Assembly (NCBI GenBank): GCA_013239625.1
Contig: MU054197.1
Span: forward strand, 1 to 45,269
Direction: 5' to 3'
DNA: 45,269 nt
From: Lama guanicoe
Lineage: Eukaryota
The translations under genes were made by a program, and so were the position numbers. Shown in pieces: positions 12,816 to 24,664 of this stretch. Numbering within the stretch: position 1 is the first letter of the stretch; every line of letters starts with the position of its first letter. Under the pieces are notes generated by a model. The model saw nothing but the letters and a program-made list of their open reading frames with translations. It was not told the DNA's origin and did no database searches.

Positions 12816-13130
12816 AAACAATACAAAACAAAACAAAAAAGCACAAATATAAAATAGAAATTGACTCACAGACATAGAACACAAAGTTTTGGTTTCCAAG
12901 TGGCTGGGGGTGGGAAGAGATAGACTGAGAAGTCAAAATTGTAGAATAGGTAAACAGGATTGTAGTGTATAGAACAGGGAAATATGTAAAAGATCTTACG
13001 GCAGCTGACAGTAGAAAAAATGGGACAAAAAATGCATATATTGTCATAGTAACTGAAAAATTGTGCTCCAGGGTGGATTTTGAGACAAATTTGTAAAATG
13101 ACTTTAAATCAATAAAAAAAGTTAAAAAAA

Positions 13131-15615
13131 GAGAAAAATATTACCCTAAATATTACAGGTGTACATATAAATTATACAGAAAAGAAAACTATGCAAAAGA
13201 GTAGTAAAACTAAAGATTTAGTTTTATGTTTTTTGTAAGATATACAAATCAAATAACCTGCAGCCAGGTGCATCATGAATAAAAGAGAGATGCTCCAAAG
13301 AAATAAAGTAAGAAATAAAATAAGAGAAATAAAAATTGTTACCTGAGATATACAAAAATGGGATCATTTTGTCAACACTTACATGAAAATAAACTTGTCA
13401 ACTTAGAAGAAAAAGACAAATGTCTAGAAAGAGACAGAGATAGGGAGAAACAAATAATTTGAACTATCTGTTTACTAGAAAAAATTTAGAATATGCGTTT
13501 AAAAATATTGTTAAATAGAAGTTCAGATTTAAACAGCTCCCGTGGAGAACTGTACAAAAATAGAAAGCAGAACTTATACTCTTCAAACTATTCAAACATA
13601 GTGAAGATGTGGGAAACAACCAAATTTATTCTATGAAACTATAATCACCATCATCACCCTGATAGCAAAGTCAGCAAACAAAGTAGAGGCAAAGGGAACT
13701 TCAAGCCATTATATTTGATAGATATAGAAGCAAAAATTCTATAAAATATTATTAGCAAACTAACTCCAACAATACCTAAAATGAATCATACACCATGATC
13801 AACTTGGATTTATTGCAGTGTCACAAGAGAGGTTCAACATACACAAATCAATTAGTTTGATACACCACATTAATAAAAGAAAAAGAGAAAATGATATGGC
13901 CATCCCAATAAATCCATAACAAGCATTTCATAAAATTCAACATTTTTTCATTAAGACAGCAACAACATCAAAAACAACAACAACAACAACATCAACAATG
14001 ACAGAAACCTCTTAGCAAATTAGGATGCAGGAAATATATCTCAACATATATAAAGTCATTAGTTACAGACCAACAGACTACATAATATGCAAAAGTGAAA
14101 AACTGAAATCCAAATTAAGGAATGAATCAAGGATGCTCACTCTCACCATTTCTATTAAACACAGTATGGGAAGTTCTAGCAACAGCAATTGGACAAGAAA
14201 AAAATTATTCAAGTTGGATTGAATGAAGTAAAACTTTTATTAATTTAGATGACATGATAATCTATATAGTGATCCCTAAAGATTCTCCAAACTAAAACAA
14301 CTAAAAGAAATAAAGACATTAAGCAAAGTAGCATGATTCATGATTAATATACAAAACTGTCACATTTTTTACACTAACAATGAAATACTCCATAATTTTA
14401 AAAGATCTATATGAATCAGACCAAAAAATGAAAAACCTATGAAAAAAACCAGCATAATAAAATGATTAGAACACTGATAAAGAAATTTGAAGATGATGCA
14501 AAGAAATGGAAAGAAATCTCAGTGTCTTAGTTTAGAGGAATTAATATTGTTAATATATACATACTACAAACTATGTCTACAGATATAAATTGATTCTGAT
14601 CGAACTACATGATATTTTCCACAGAACTAAAAAGAGTCCTATGATTTGTATGGAACTGCAAAAGAACCAGAACTGCAAAAGAAACAATGAGGAAAAAGAG
14701 TTGAAGGCATAACCAATAACCCTCCCAGATCTCAGACTATATTACAAAACTACTGTAATCAAAACAGCACAATGCTGGAAAACAACCAAACATCTATATC
14801 ACTGGAATGGAATACAGAGGCAAAAATAAAATATCACACGTATGGTGAACTAAACTATGACAAAGGAAATAAAAGTATACAATGCCTTTAAAACAGTTTT
14901 CTGCAAGGGATGTTGAGAAAGCTAGACAGCTACATGTAAACCAATGAAATTAGAACACTCCCTCAAACTATACAAAAATAAACTCAAAATGATTTAAATA
15001 TCTGAAACTAAAACATGACACAATAAAACTCCTGGAAACTAACATAGAGAAAACAAGACATAAATTGTAGGAAAATTTTCTTATGCCACTCTCCCAAGCT
15101 GAAAACAATAAAAACAAAATAAACAAAAAGGTCCTAAATAAATTTGAATGCTTCTATACAGCAAAGTAAACAAAATGAAAAGATGAATTTCCAAATGGGA
15201 GAAAACATTAGGAAACAAAACAATCAACAAGTGGCTAATTTCAAAAATACACACATTTTTCATACAACTCCATTTCAAATATCTAGAAACAACTCAGCCA
15301 GAAAATGAGAAGACAATTCACTAAAGAAAACACACAGATGACAAACAGGAAAGTAAAAACATGCTTACATTGCTAAACAGAATACAAAGGCAACACAAAA
15401 ATATAATAATGTTTTACTTCCCAATATTGAGAAGGGATGTCATCCAAATGTCTACAAATAATACAGACTAGGGTAGTTGTGGAGAAATAGTTACTCTCCA
15501 ACGCTGTTGGTGGGAATGAAAATTGGTGAAACCACTTTGGAAACTGTATGGAGGTTCCTTTAAATAATAAAAATAGACCAATCATATGACACAGCAATCC
15601 CACACCTGGGCATAT
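13131..15615 (+). mobile_element. Older, heavily decayed LINE-1 ORF2 fragment
   Basis: atcatacaccatgatcaacttggatttattgcag, gatgacatgataatctatata (DDMIIY, ~14248), ctcccagatctcagactatattacaaaac; contains a (CAA)n-like tract at ~13960-14000. Confidence 0.85.
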
Positions 15616-15619
15616 AAAA

Positions 15620-16175
15620 CATAAATCCTGAAAGCAAAGAATCCTAGAGTAAAATATAAGAAGTACACTCTGACATTGGACTTAATATTATTCTACATAT
15701 GTCTCCATGGCAAGGGAAGCAGAAGCTAATCTAATAAAATATGATTGTACCACTCTAAACAAATTTGCACTGCAGACAAATTTGCAGAAGAAATGATCAA
15801 TAAAATGAAAAGTCAACAAACAGAATGGGAGAATATATTTTCAAGTGATATTTTCCAATCTAGTGTTAATATCCAAAATATATGGCAAACACTGACACCA
15901 CAACAATAACAAAAATGGCCCAACAATGCAACTAAAAAAAAGTCCATAGGAACTGAATAGATAGATCTGAATCAATTTTCTGTAGAAAACATATTTGGCT
16001 AAATGACACATGAAAATATGTTCAGAGTTATAAATTATTAGGAAAGTCATAAACCAAAAATGAGGCAAGACCTCACACTTGTCAGACGGCTCTCATCAAA
16101 AAGAAAAGAAATAGATGTGGGTGAGATTGTGAAGAGAAAGTACACCATGGACACTGTTGATAGGAATGCAAAGTA
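15620..16175 (+). mobile_element. Separate LINE-1 ORF2 C-terminal fragment
   Basis: Restarts at an earlier ORF2 position (atcctagagtaaaatataag); acagaatgggagaatatattttcaag; gacctcacacttgtcagacggct. Confidence 0.75.
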
Positions 16176-16240
16176 TTGATTCAATTGCATATATACACCA
16201 AATTTTCTTCATCCATTTTTCTGTCAAGGCATGCTGGGTT

Positions 16241-16680
16241 TGTAGGCTCCTGTCTGAAGGCTCTAGAGTATAAGCCCATGGACTGAACTGATAAACAATC
16301 TGTGAGGAATGTCACATATCCAGGCTGGGTAATATATGGCCTACTCTATGTATCAATTATGGCTGGATAGAATATGCTGGGTAAGATCCTCAATGGAGGA
16401 CAACCTATGACAGGCACAGACGGCTGGATAAGAGATGGCCTACTTAATGAAGTTCCGTGATGAACTTTTGAACAATCCTTGATCATTTAACATCCTGTGT
16501 TTACTGCAGGAGCATGGGTACATATACAGCTTAAGATTATTAACATTGTTATAACTTAGATGGTATGTGAGGTATTGTGCATGTCCTATATAAACCCTTC
16601 TTCTAAGAATCAATAAACAGAGAACTACTTCGCTTCTCTCCACACAGTGTTTGGGTGTATATGACATCGTGTCGCTGACA
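16241..16680 (+). mobile_element. Probable solo ERV LTR (440 bp)
   Basis: Starts TGTA, ends TGACA; TATATAAA at 16587-16594, AATAAA at 16612-16617; flanked by gggtt (16236-16240) and gggta (16681-16685) as an imperfect 5-bp TSD; repeated ggctgg(g/a)ta motif in the U3-like part. Confidence 0.7.
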
Positions 16681-16719
16681 GGGTAAATTTAATTTGTTGG
16701 GAGTATCTTTAAAGTATGT

Positions 16720-17530
16720 TGCATTATATACAAGGCTCTTTCCTCACTTATTGAGATGATTATGTGAGTTTTGTTTCTCATTCTATTTGTTTGGCATGTC
16801 ACCTTTATTGATTTGAATATTTTGAAGAATCTTTAAACCCAGGGATAAATCCCTTTAGTCATGTATGTTTTTGATACATCAAATGTGCTGTTGAATTCAT
16901 TTTGCTTGTGATTTTGGAGAATTTTGGCACATATGTTCATCAGGGATAATATTCTATATTTTGCATACAATGTCCTTTCTACCATTGTTATGCAAATAAA
17001 GCTGGCATCATAAAACATGTTTGTAATCTTCCACCCCCTTCAAATTCTTGGAAGATTTGTGGAAGAAATGGTGAAAAATTGTCTTGAAATATATGACAGA
17101 ATTCACCAGTAAAATCGTCTTGTATATTTTTCTGGTTTGGGAAGTTTGGATTATTGATTTACTCATACACACTTTTGCTCTATATAAGTTTCTTATTGCT
17201 TCTTGATTCAGTATTGGAAGACATATGTTACTGGATATTTGTCTTTTGTACTAAGTAATTGAAATCATTGGCTTGTGGTAACTTCTAATGAAGCTTTGCA
17301 TCTCTACAACATCAGTGTTAAAATCTTCTCTTTTATTTATAATTTTATTTGAGTCTTTTTTTTCCTAAACCAACCTAAAATTTGTCCTCTTTATGTTAAA
17401 AAGAAACAGACTTAGGTTTTTTTTATCTTTTCAAATGTTTCTCTTGTTAATTTCCTTACTCACATTTCAATTTTCTTCTTTATTCTTTCTGTTTTCTCCT
17501 AGATTCTTGAAGTGAAAAGTTAAGAAGTGT
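16720..17530 (-). mobile_element. Old LINE-1 ORF2 fragment, minus strand
   Basis: Minus ORF 16833..17018 contains YRILSLMNICAKILQ (cf. YRPISLMNIDAKILNK); ttattgagatgattatgtg; cccagggataaatccc. Confidence 0.8.
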
Positions 17531-17581
17531 GAATCTTTGTATTTCAATTACTACTAAATAGTTTTTATTTAGATATTATTT

Positions 17582-17615
17582 ATTTAGTTAGTTAGTTACT
17601 TAGTTAGTTAGTTAT
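17582..17615. repeat. (TTAG)n microsatellite
   Basis: tttagttagttagttacttagttagttagttatt. Confidence 0.85.
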
Positions 17616-17634
17616 TAATATATTTACATATTTA

Positions 17635-20600
17635 TTCATTTATTTATCATTGAAGTACTGCCATTTACATTTTGTCAATCTGTGATGTATAGCACTGTGT
17701 TCCTGTACATGCATACATTTGTGGGCCTATTAAATGATTCTTCAAGATATTTAACTTTCTGCCCTGTGTCATACAAAAGAAATTTTGAAAAAATCTATTT
17801 TTATACATAGTGGAAATCATTTATAAATCTACAGCTCCCAAATATATCCTCTCACAGCACCTTTCCAGCACCTTTCTGTTTTGTAGATCTGCGAGTGTTC
17901 TTCAGTTTTGTAGATGAAATCATTGTGTTCTCATCCAATTTTTTTTAAGAATCCAAATGTTTCATGTCATGTATTATTTTTCTTTCTCTTTCTGGCTTAC
18001 TTCAATTAGAATGACACTTAGTGAGGACATACGTTTTGCTGCAAATGTCATTGTTTTATCATTTTTTATTGCAGAATATTTTTCCATTGTGTAAGTAAAT
18101 ATGGCACAACTTCTGAATACTGTCATCTGTTGTTGGACAATTAGGTTGCTTCCATGTCGTGGCTGTTGTATATAGCACTGCTAAGAACTCTGGGGTGCAG
18201 GTGTCTTTTTGAATTAGAGTTCTCTTTGATACATACCCAGAAGTGGGTTTGTTGGATCGTATGTTAAGTCTATTTATATTCTTTAGAGGAATCCCCACCC
18301 TTGCTTCCACAATGACTGCACCAAACTGCTTTCCTTCCATCAGTGTAGGAGGGTTCCCTTTCCCCACAGCTTCACCAGCATTTGTTGCTTGTGGATTTTT
18401 GAATGATGGCCATTGTGACTATTGTGTGGTGATACTTCATTATAGTTTTAAATTGCCCTTCTGTGATAATGATAGTGAGCAACTTTTTTTTCATATGTCT
18501 GTGTGGCATTTGTATATCTCTATTGGAGAATTGCTTGTTTAGGGCTTCTGCCCATTTTCAGATTGGGTTTCTTGTTTTTTTTTTTTATTATTATTAGGTT
18601 GTATGAAGTCTTATATTTTGGAAATTAAGTATTTCCAAAGTCCTGTGGCTAGGACTTTCAAGACTATATTGCATCATTTCTAAAAATTTTCTTTAATCCT
18701 GAAGGTTTTCATTTTGCTTTGTTTATGGTTCCCTTTGCTGTGCAAAAGCTTAGTTTTAATTAGGTCCCATTAATTAATTTTGCTCTTACATCCATTACCT
18801 GGCTAGGCTGTTCTAGGACATCATTCCTGAGATTTATCTCAGAGTATTTTGCCTATGTATTCTTCTAGGAGATTTTCTGTGTCTTGCCTTACATTTAAGT
18901 CTTCAAGCCATTTTGAGTTTATCCTTGTGTATGGAGTGAAGGAATGTTCTAACTCTATTGCTCTGATGCTGCTATCCAGTTTTCCCAACACCAGTTGGTG
19001 AATAGATTGTCTTTTATCTGTCATAATCTTGGCTACTATGACAAAGATTAATTGAACATAGGCCTTTAGATTTATTCCTAGGCCTTCCAGTCTGTTCCAT
19101 TGGTCCAAATACCTGTTTCTGTACCAATATCTTGTCATTTTGATTACTGTAGCTCTGCAACAGTGTAAGGAGACCTGGTGGTTTATTCGTCCATCCTCTT
19201 TCTTTTTCTTTAATAGTGTTTTGGAAATTATGGATCTTTTATGAGTCTGTGTTAATCTTAGGATCATTTGTTTCAGTCCTTAAAATTTTTTTTTGCATAA
19301 ATTGATTGGAAATCACATTAAGTCTGTAGATTGCCTTGGGCAGTATGGCAATTTTAACAATATTGTTTCTTCCATTTCATGTCCATTGGGTATCTTTTCA
19401 ATTCTTGAAATCTTTTTTGATTTCCTCTATGTTTTCTAGTTGTCCATATATAAGTTATTAACCTCCTTGGTCAGATTTATTCTTAAGCATTTATTAGTTT
19501 TGGATGCAGTTATGAAAGTGGTTCTTTGTATACTTTGTTTTCCTGTTGATTCATTGGTAGTGTAAAGAAATGCAATTTGTTTGTGTACATTACTCTGGGT
19601 ACTTTGCCCAGTTCCATTTTCCCCAAAGTAATTTTTGGTGAAACTTTTACAGTTTTCTCTATATAGTGTCATGTCTGCATATCGTGGCAATTTTACCTCT
19701 TCTTTTCCAGTCTGAATACTTTTATTTCTTTTTCTTGCCTGATCATTGTGGCTAGGACTTTCAAGGCTATATTGAATTGAAATTGTGAGAATTGGCAACC
19801 TTGTTGTCTAAGGTTATTGTGGGAAGCGTTTTAATTTTTCACCATTGAGTATTTTGCTGGCTATATATTTGTCATTAATAGCTTTCATTATGTTGACATA
19901 TGGTCCCACTATGCCCACTGTGATAAGAACTTTTATTGCAAATGGGTATTAAATATTATCAAATGCTTTTTCTTTATCTACTGAGATGATCATGTGGTAT
20001 TTTGTCCTCTCTTTTGTTGATATGATGTATCACAATGGATTGATTGATTTACATATGTTCAACCATCCTTGTGTTCCTGGTATGCAACTAACTTGACCAT
20101 GGTATATAATCTTTTTTTACATGCTGTTGGATTCGGTTTGTTAATAATATCTTAAAGACTTTTACATCTATGTTTATCAAGGATATTGGCCTATAGGTTT
20201 CTTTTCTGGGTAGTGTCTTTGTGTAGTTTTGGTATCAGGTTTATGTTGGCCTTATGGTGTGAGATTGGGAGTACTCTCTCCATATCAAACTTTGGAAAAG
20301 CCTGAGGAGGAGTGGTATGGATTTTTCTTTGCATGTTTTCTCAAATTCCCCAGTGAAGGTATTTGGTTCTGAATTTTGTTTGCAGATATTTTTTATCATA
20401 TTGATAATTCTATTCCATTTCTGGTGATCTGTCTGTTCAAATGTTTAATTTCTTCTTAATGCAAAAATGGTAGGCTGAATGTTTCCAGAAATTTCTGCAT
20501 TTCTTCCTGGTTATACAGTTTGTGTCCATACAGTTGTTCATGGTATTTCCATATGATATTTTGCAAATTTGTTGTACTCTTTGAGGTTTCTTCATTGGCA

Positions 20601-22005
20601 TTTCTTATGTTATTTGTGTTCTCTCTCTATTCTTGTCGATGAGTCTGTCCAGAGTTTTGTCAATTTTGTTTACTATTTCAAAAAAGAGTTTGATTTTTTC
20701 TATTTTTTAAACTCTATTTCAATTATTTCTTCTTTGATCTTTATTATTTCCCACTTTCTGCTGACTTTTGTGTTTTTTGCTCCTCTTTTCATGATTAGTG
20801 TACATAAAATGTTAGATTATTTACTTGAAATTTCTCTTCTACTTTAAGGAGGGCCTTCTCACTATGAACTTCCCTCTTAAGCCTGCTTTATCTGTAGTCC
20901 ATTAACTTTGCATTGTGTTTTTAGTATCTTGATTTCCTTATTAATTTTCTGTCTGAAAGACCAGTCTAGTGATGGTAATGGGGAATAATACTCTTCTACT
21001 GTGATTTTGTTCCCACCGATTTCTTCCTTTTTATCTATTAGCATTTGCTTTACATATTTAGGTGCTCCTATTTTGAGTGCATATATCTTAATGAGTATAA
21101 TACCCTCTTTTTATATTTCTCCTTTAATCATTATATCATGTCCTTGTTTATCTTTCTCTATTGCCTTTGTTCTAATGTCTCTTTTGTGTGACGTCAGTAC
21201 TGCTAGTCCTGCTTTCTTGTAATGTCCATTTGTATGGAAAATATTTTTCCATCTTCTGACTTTCATTTGATGTGTGTTCTTCTTACTAAAGTGGGTCTCT
21301 TGTATGCTTCACAATGTATGGTCTTGTTATATTATCCCATCTGACAATATATATCTTTTGACTGCAGCTGTTTTTCTATTAACAATTGTGATGATTATTG
21401 ATATACTGGTGTCTATTTCCATTTTGAGCTTCATTTCCCAGTTTATTTTGTATTCCCTTTTTGTTCATTTGATTTTCTTTTTGTGGATTGATAAGCTTTC
21501 TTTTATTATCTTGGTTTCTTTTTGGCTTTGTGAGTTCATGGTAAGCTTTTGACGTATGGTTACCCTGTTTTGTATGCATATTTTACCATTTCTATATCTG
21601 TTTATTTTCACTGATAGAATACAAATTCTAACCCCTCCTACAGAGAACAGAAACAAGAAGAAAATAATCTGTATTGTCCTGTTTCACTCTCTGACACTTA
21701 AAAGTTTTGATGTACTGTTTTACAATATCATGTATATTCTATTCCATGTCATTGCAGCTTTTGCATTTCTAATTATGCCTTTCTCCTTTCTATAGCATCC
21801 TGTTCCTTTTCTTTAGAGTAGATCTTTCATTATTTCTTTATCAGTTGCTAATTCTTTTAGTATTTGCTTTTATGGAAGTTATTTACCTCTCCTTCTATTC
21901 TAAAGGATAGCCTTGCTTGATAAATTATCTTAGATTACAGTTTCTTTCATTCAGGATTTTGAATATGTCTTGCCACTGCCTTTTGCCTGTTGTATTTGTG
22001 TAGGA
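17635..22005 (-). mobile_element. 5'-truncated LINE-1 (ORF1 C-terminus, spacer, ORF2, 3' UTR), minus strand, inactive
   Basis: Minus ORFs: 18839..19267 (YWYRNRYLDQWNRLE...FTPYTRINSKWLEDLNVR), 19436..19798 (KEEVKLPRYADMTLY, catalytic YADD missing one D), 18059..18367 (DTCTPEFLAVLYT...WKQPNCP). EN-region sequence at ~21060-21090; internal deletion near 20915. Confidence 0.9.
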
Positions 22006-22044
22006 AATGTGTTTACAAATATAATGTAAATAATTATATATATA

Positions 22045-22600
22045 TATGTATAGAATACCTAGAAATCAAGTTAACAAATAAGATGAAAAGTTATACGTGA
22101 AGAAATAGAAAACATAGATGAAGGAAATTAAATCTGACCCAAAGAAATTTAAAGATCTCTTATGTTAATAATGTGAAACTATGTGGTTGAGACAAACATA
22201 CTACACAAAGCAATCTACATTTAGTGTGATTCATGTCAAAATACCCATGAGATTTTTCCATTAAATAGAACAAATAATTTCAAAATTTGTATGTAACAAC
22301 AAAGATCATGAGTTGCTAACATAATCTTGAAAAAGAGAATTAATTCTGATAATGTAAAGTACTCTGATGTTAAACAGTCCTACAAAATTTTAGTAATTAA
22401 AAAACATGATACTGGCTCAAAACAAGACTCCAATCAATAGAAGAGAATAGAGTAACCAGATATAATCCCTCACACCTATAATAAATTAACCCATTAAAAA
22501 GGAAACAAGAGTATAAAATTAAGAAAAGACATTCTCCTCAAAATTAGTGCTGGGGAGATTGAACATGTGAAAGATGGAATACAGTATTTCCTCAAATTGC
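22045..22600 (+). mobile_element. Old LINE-1 ORF2 fragment
   Basis: atagaatacctagaaatcaagttaac (KYLGI region), atactacacaaagcaatctac, gtcaaaatacccatgagatttttc. Confidence 0.75.
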
Positions 22601-22604
22601 ACAC

Positions 22605-23370
22605 AATCTATGAGCACAGATTGTCTTTTATTTATTTTGTTTACTTATATTCCCTGCACCTTTAATTTATAGATGTATGTTTAGATATTTTATTTCACTT
22701 ATCAAATTTATTCCTATTTTAATCTTTTTGGTATAAATCTACACACAATTCTTTTCCTAATTTCTATTTTTGATAATGTGTTGTTAGTATATAAAAATGC
22801 AAGAGATATTTGTATATTGATTTTGTATTCTGCAAGTTTACCAAGTTTGTTGACTATTTCTAGCAGTCACTGGAGTAGGATATGGAGTTTTCCTTCTATG
22901 TATAATTATGTCATCTGTAAAAATTTTAGTGCTTTTTTACAAGTTGAATGCCTTTTATATATTTTCCTGATTAGTTGTTATGGCTAGGACTTCTAGTAGT
23001 GTAATTTAGGACTTGTGAAAATGAGCTAATTTTTCATATTACTGGAACAGAAAAAACCTTCCTGTTTTTTAACATTGAACTTGATGTTAGTCATGGGTTT
23101 TTCATATATGGCTTTTATTATCTTTAGATATATTCTTTCTAGGGTGAATTTATTAACAATTTTTTGTATACAAAAGTTAAGATCAGTTCTGTTAATAATT
23201 TTCCTACATTTTGGAGATTGTTACTTTTGCATTCTCTTTTTTTTAAGGGATGGTATCACATTTATTGATTTGCATGTTATATAATATTTATGAATCAGGA
23301 CTTAATCAAACTTAACTATATTTTGTAATACATATAATACGCTATGAATTCAGGTTGCTAATATTAATTT
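22605..23370 (-). mobile_element. Old LINE-1 ORF2 (RT) fragment, minus strand
   Basis: tgttagtatataaaaatgc, attgattttgtattctgcaagttta, attatgtcatctgtaaa (reverse complement of FTDDII), tggctaggacttctagta. Confidence 0.75.
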
Positions 23371-24522
23371 AGAATGGAATATACACATACTGAAGGAAAA
23401 ATGTACATTGTAGCTTGAGTGTACATTTATTTATTTAAAAATTTTATCACTCATTTTTAAATTGGCTTATGTTTAATGGAATTTATTTCTAAATAAAGAA
23501 TATAAATTTTGGTAGAACTGGATTTACTACAGTTTACTGATACAGAACATAGCTATTATTTACAATTAGTGCACAAATCTCTTGCCTTAAAAAGCTGTAT
23601 TATATGAACAATGCCAACTGTTTCAGGACTGGGAAACATATTGCTTCCTAAAATGCATTACCTGGTGTTTTCCACCCCAACCTACATATAATTATATTAT
23701 TTGCTTTTTCTTTGTTTATTTGACCCTTAATGAAGTCACTGCTTATTGAATTCAGGATTTTGTGTTTAAGTGTAATTATCAACATCATTTTGGAACACTT
23801 AACAGAAACCACAAGTGTATGGATTATATAGATGACAAGAAAATTTATTCCTTCTTGGGACTGAAAAACCTCTGAGTGAAAGAATGGCAAAAATAAACAT
23901 TTGTAAGTGTACAATAAAATTTTCTCTTTTGTAATTTTAAAGTAGTATATTAAATTACATTTGTTTTACTTATAGCAATGAATTACAATTTAAAATAAAA
24001 ATTCCCTCCTTTGGAATTTTTTAAATTTGCTTGATAATTTTAATCTAATTTTAATTCATAAATATTTACCATTTATTTATAAACATACCAAATAAACTGA
24101 TACTTATTCTGCTCATATTTTGAATATAGAGCTACTTAATCTAAAGTACACAGATAAATAACTACTTCTGTTTCCAACTCAAATTATGTTTCAATTTAAT
24201 TACAAATAATCAAGAAATTGTTATATGTTTTCTGTAATGTTTTACACAAATTTCACTTTATTTCCAAAACTTTAACTTTTTTTTTATTTTGTGCATTATT
24301 TATACTCTGTTCACAAATCTGGTATAAATTTTTGTACAAAAGGAAGTAGATTGGTTTCATTTCAAAACCCCAAAATTAAATTATTTAAGAAGATTTTGAG
24401 GGGAAAATATTTGCATATCACCCTATAAAAATATTCATTCTATATGTTTCATTTTAACTGGATGTATGAGAAGGAAACACTGGCTGAATTTTACACTTGG
24501 GTTGTTAGGAGACCAGTCGTTT

Positions 24523-24534
24523 TGTGATGTCACA
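24523..24534. promoter_or_regulatory. Decayed CRE-like palindrome in the HSFY upstream region
   Basis: TGTGATGTCACA is one C>T away from the perfect 12-bp palindrome TGTGACGTCACA (CRE core TGACGTCA), ~130 bp upstream of the ATG. Function is inferred. Confidence 0.5.
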
Positions 24535-24664
24535 GGTACTCAGGTTAAGAACCATTTTGATGGCCTAGCAGTTTAACTGTGCAGGCCTGCCTAAGCAGCA
24601 TTGGAAGCTGCATTGCTCAAAATCATGCAAACTTGAAAAGTAGCTGTAGAAAAAGTTATTTGAG

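Larger units (their letters stand above)
6498..13130 (+). mobile_element. Near full-length LINE-1 (younger family, camelid-like), inactive
   Basis: G-rich 5' start (ggggggaggaggccaagatgg), GC-rich 5' UTR, ORF1, ~0.4 kb inter-ORF spacer, ORF2, 3' UTR, AATAAA at 13111-13116 and A-rich tail. The camelid family assignment is from recollection of 3' UTR sequence, not a database search. Confidence 0.93.

Noticed and set aside
6498..13130. Retrotransposition-competent L1
   Set aside because: Many stops and frameshifts, RT motif YAEN, EN motif SRIHD and an internal deletion.
3405..15615. Large palindrome formed by the minus L1 (to 6487) and plus L1 (from 13131), which start at similar ORF2 positions
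   Set aside because: The two arms show only family-level similarity with different indels, so they are separate old insertions.
22045..23370. Twin-primed 5' inversion of a single L1
   Set aside because: The fragments overlap in consensus position, point tail-to-tail, and show no poly(A) tail or TSD.
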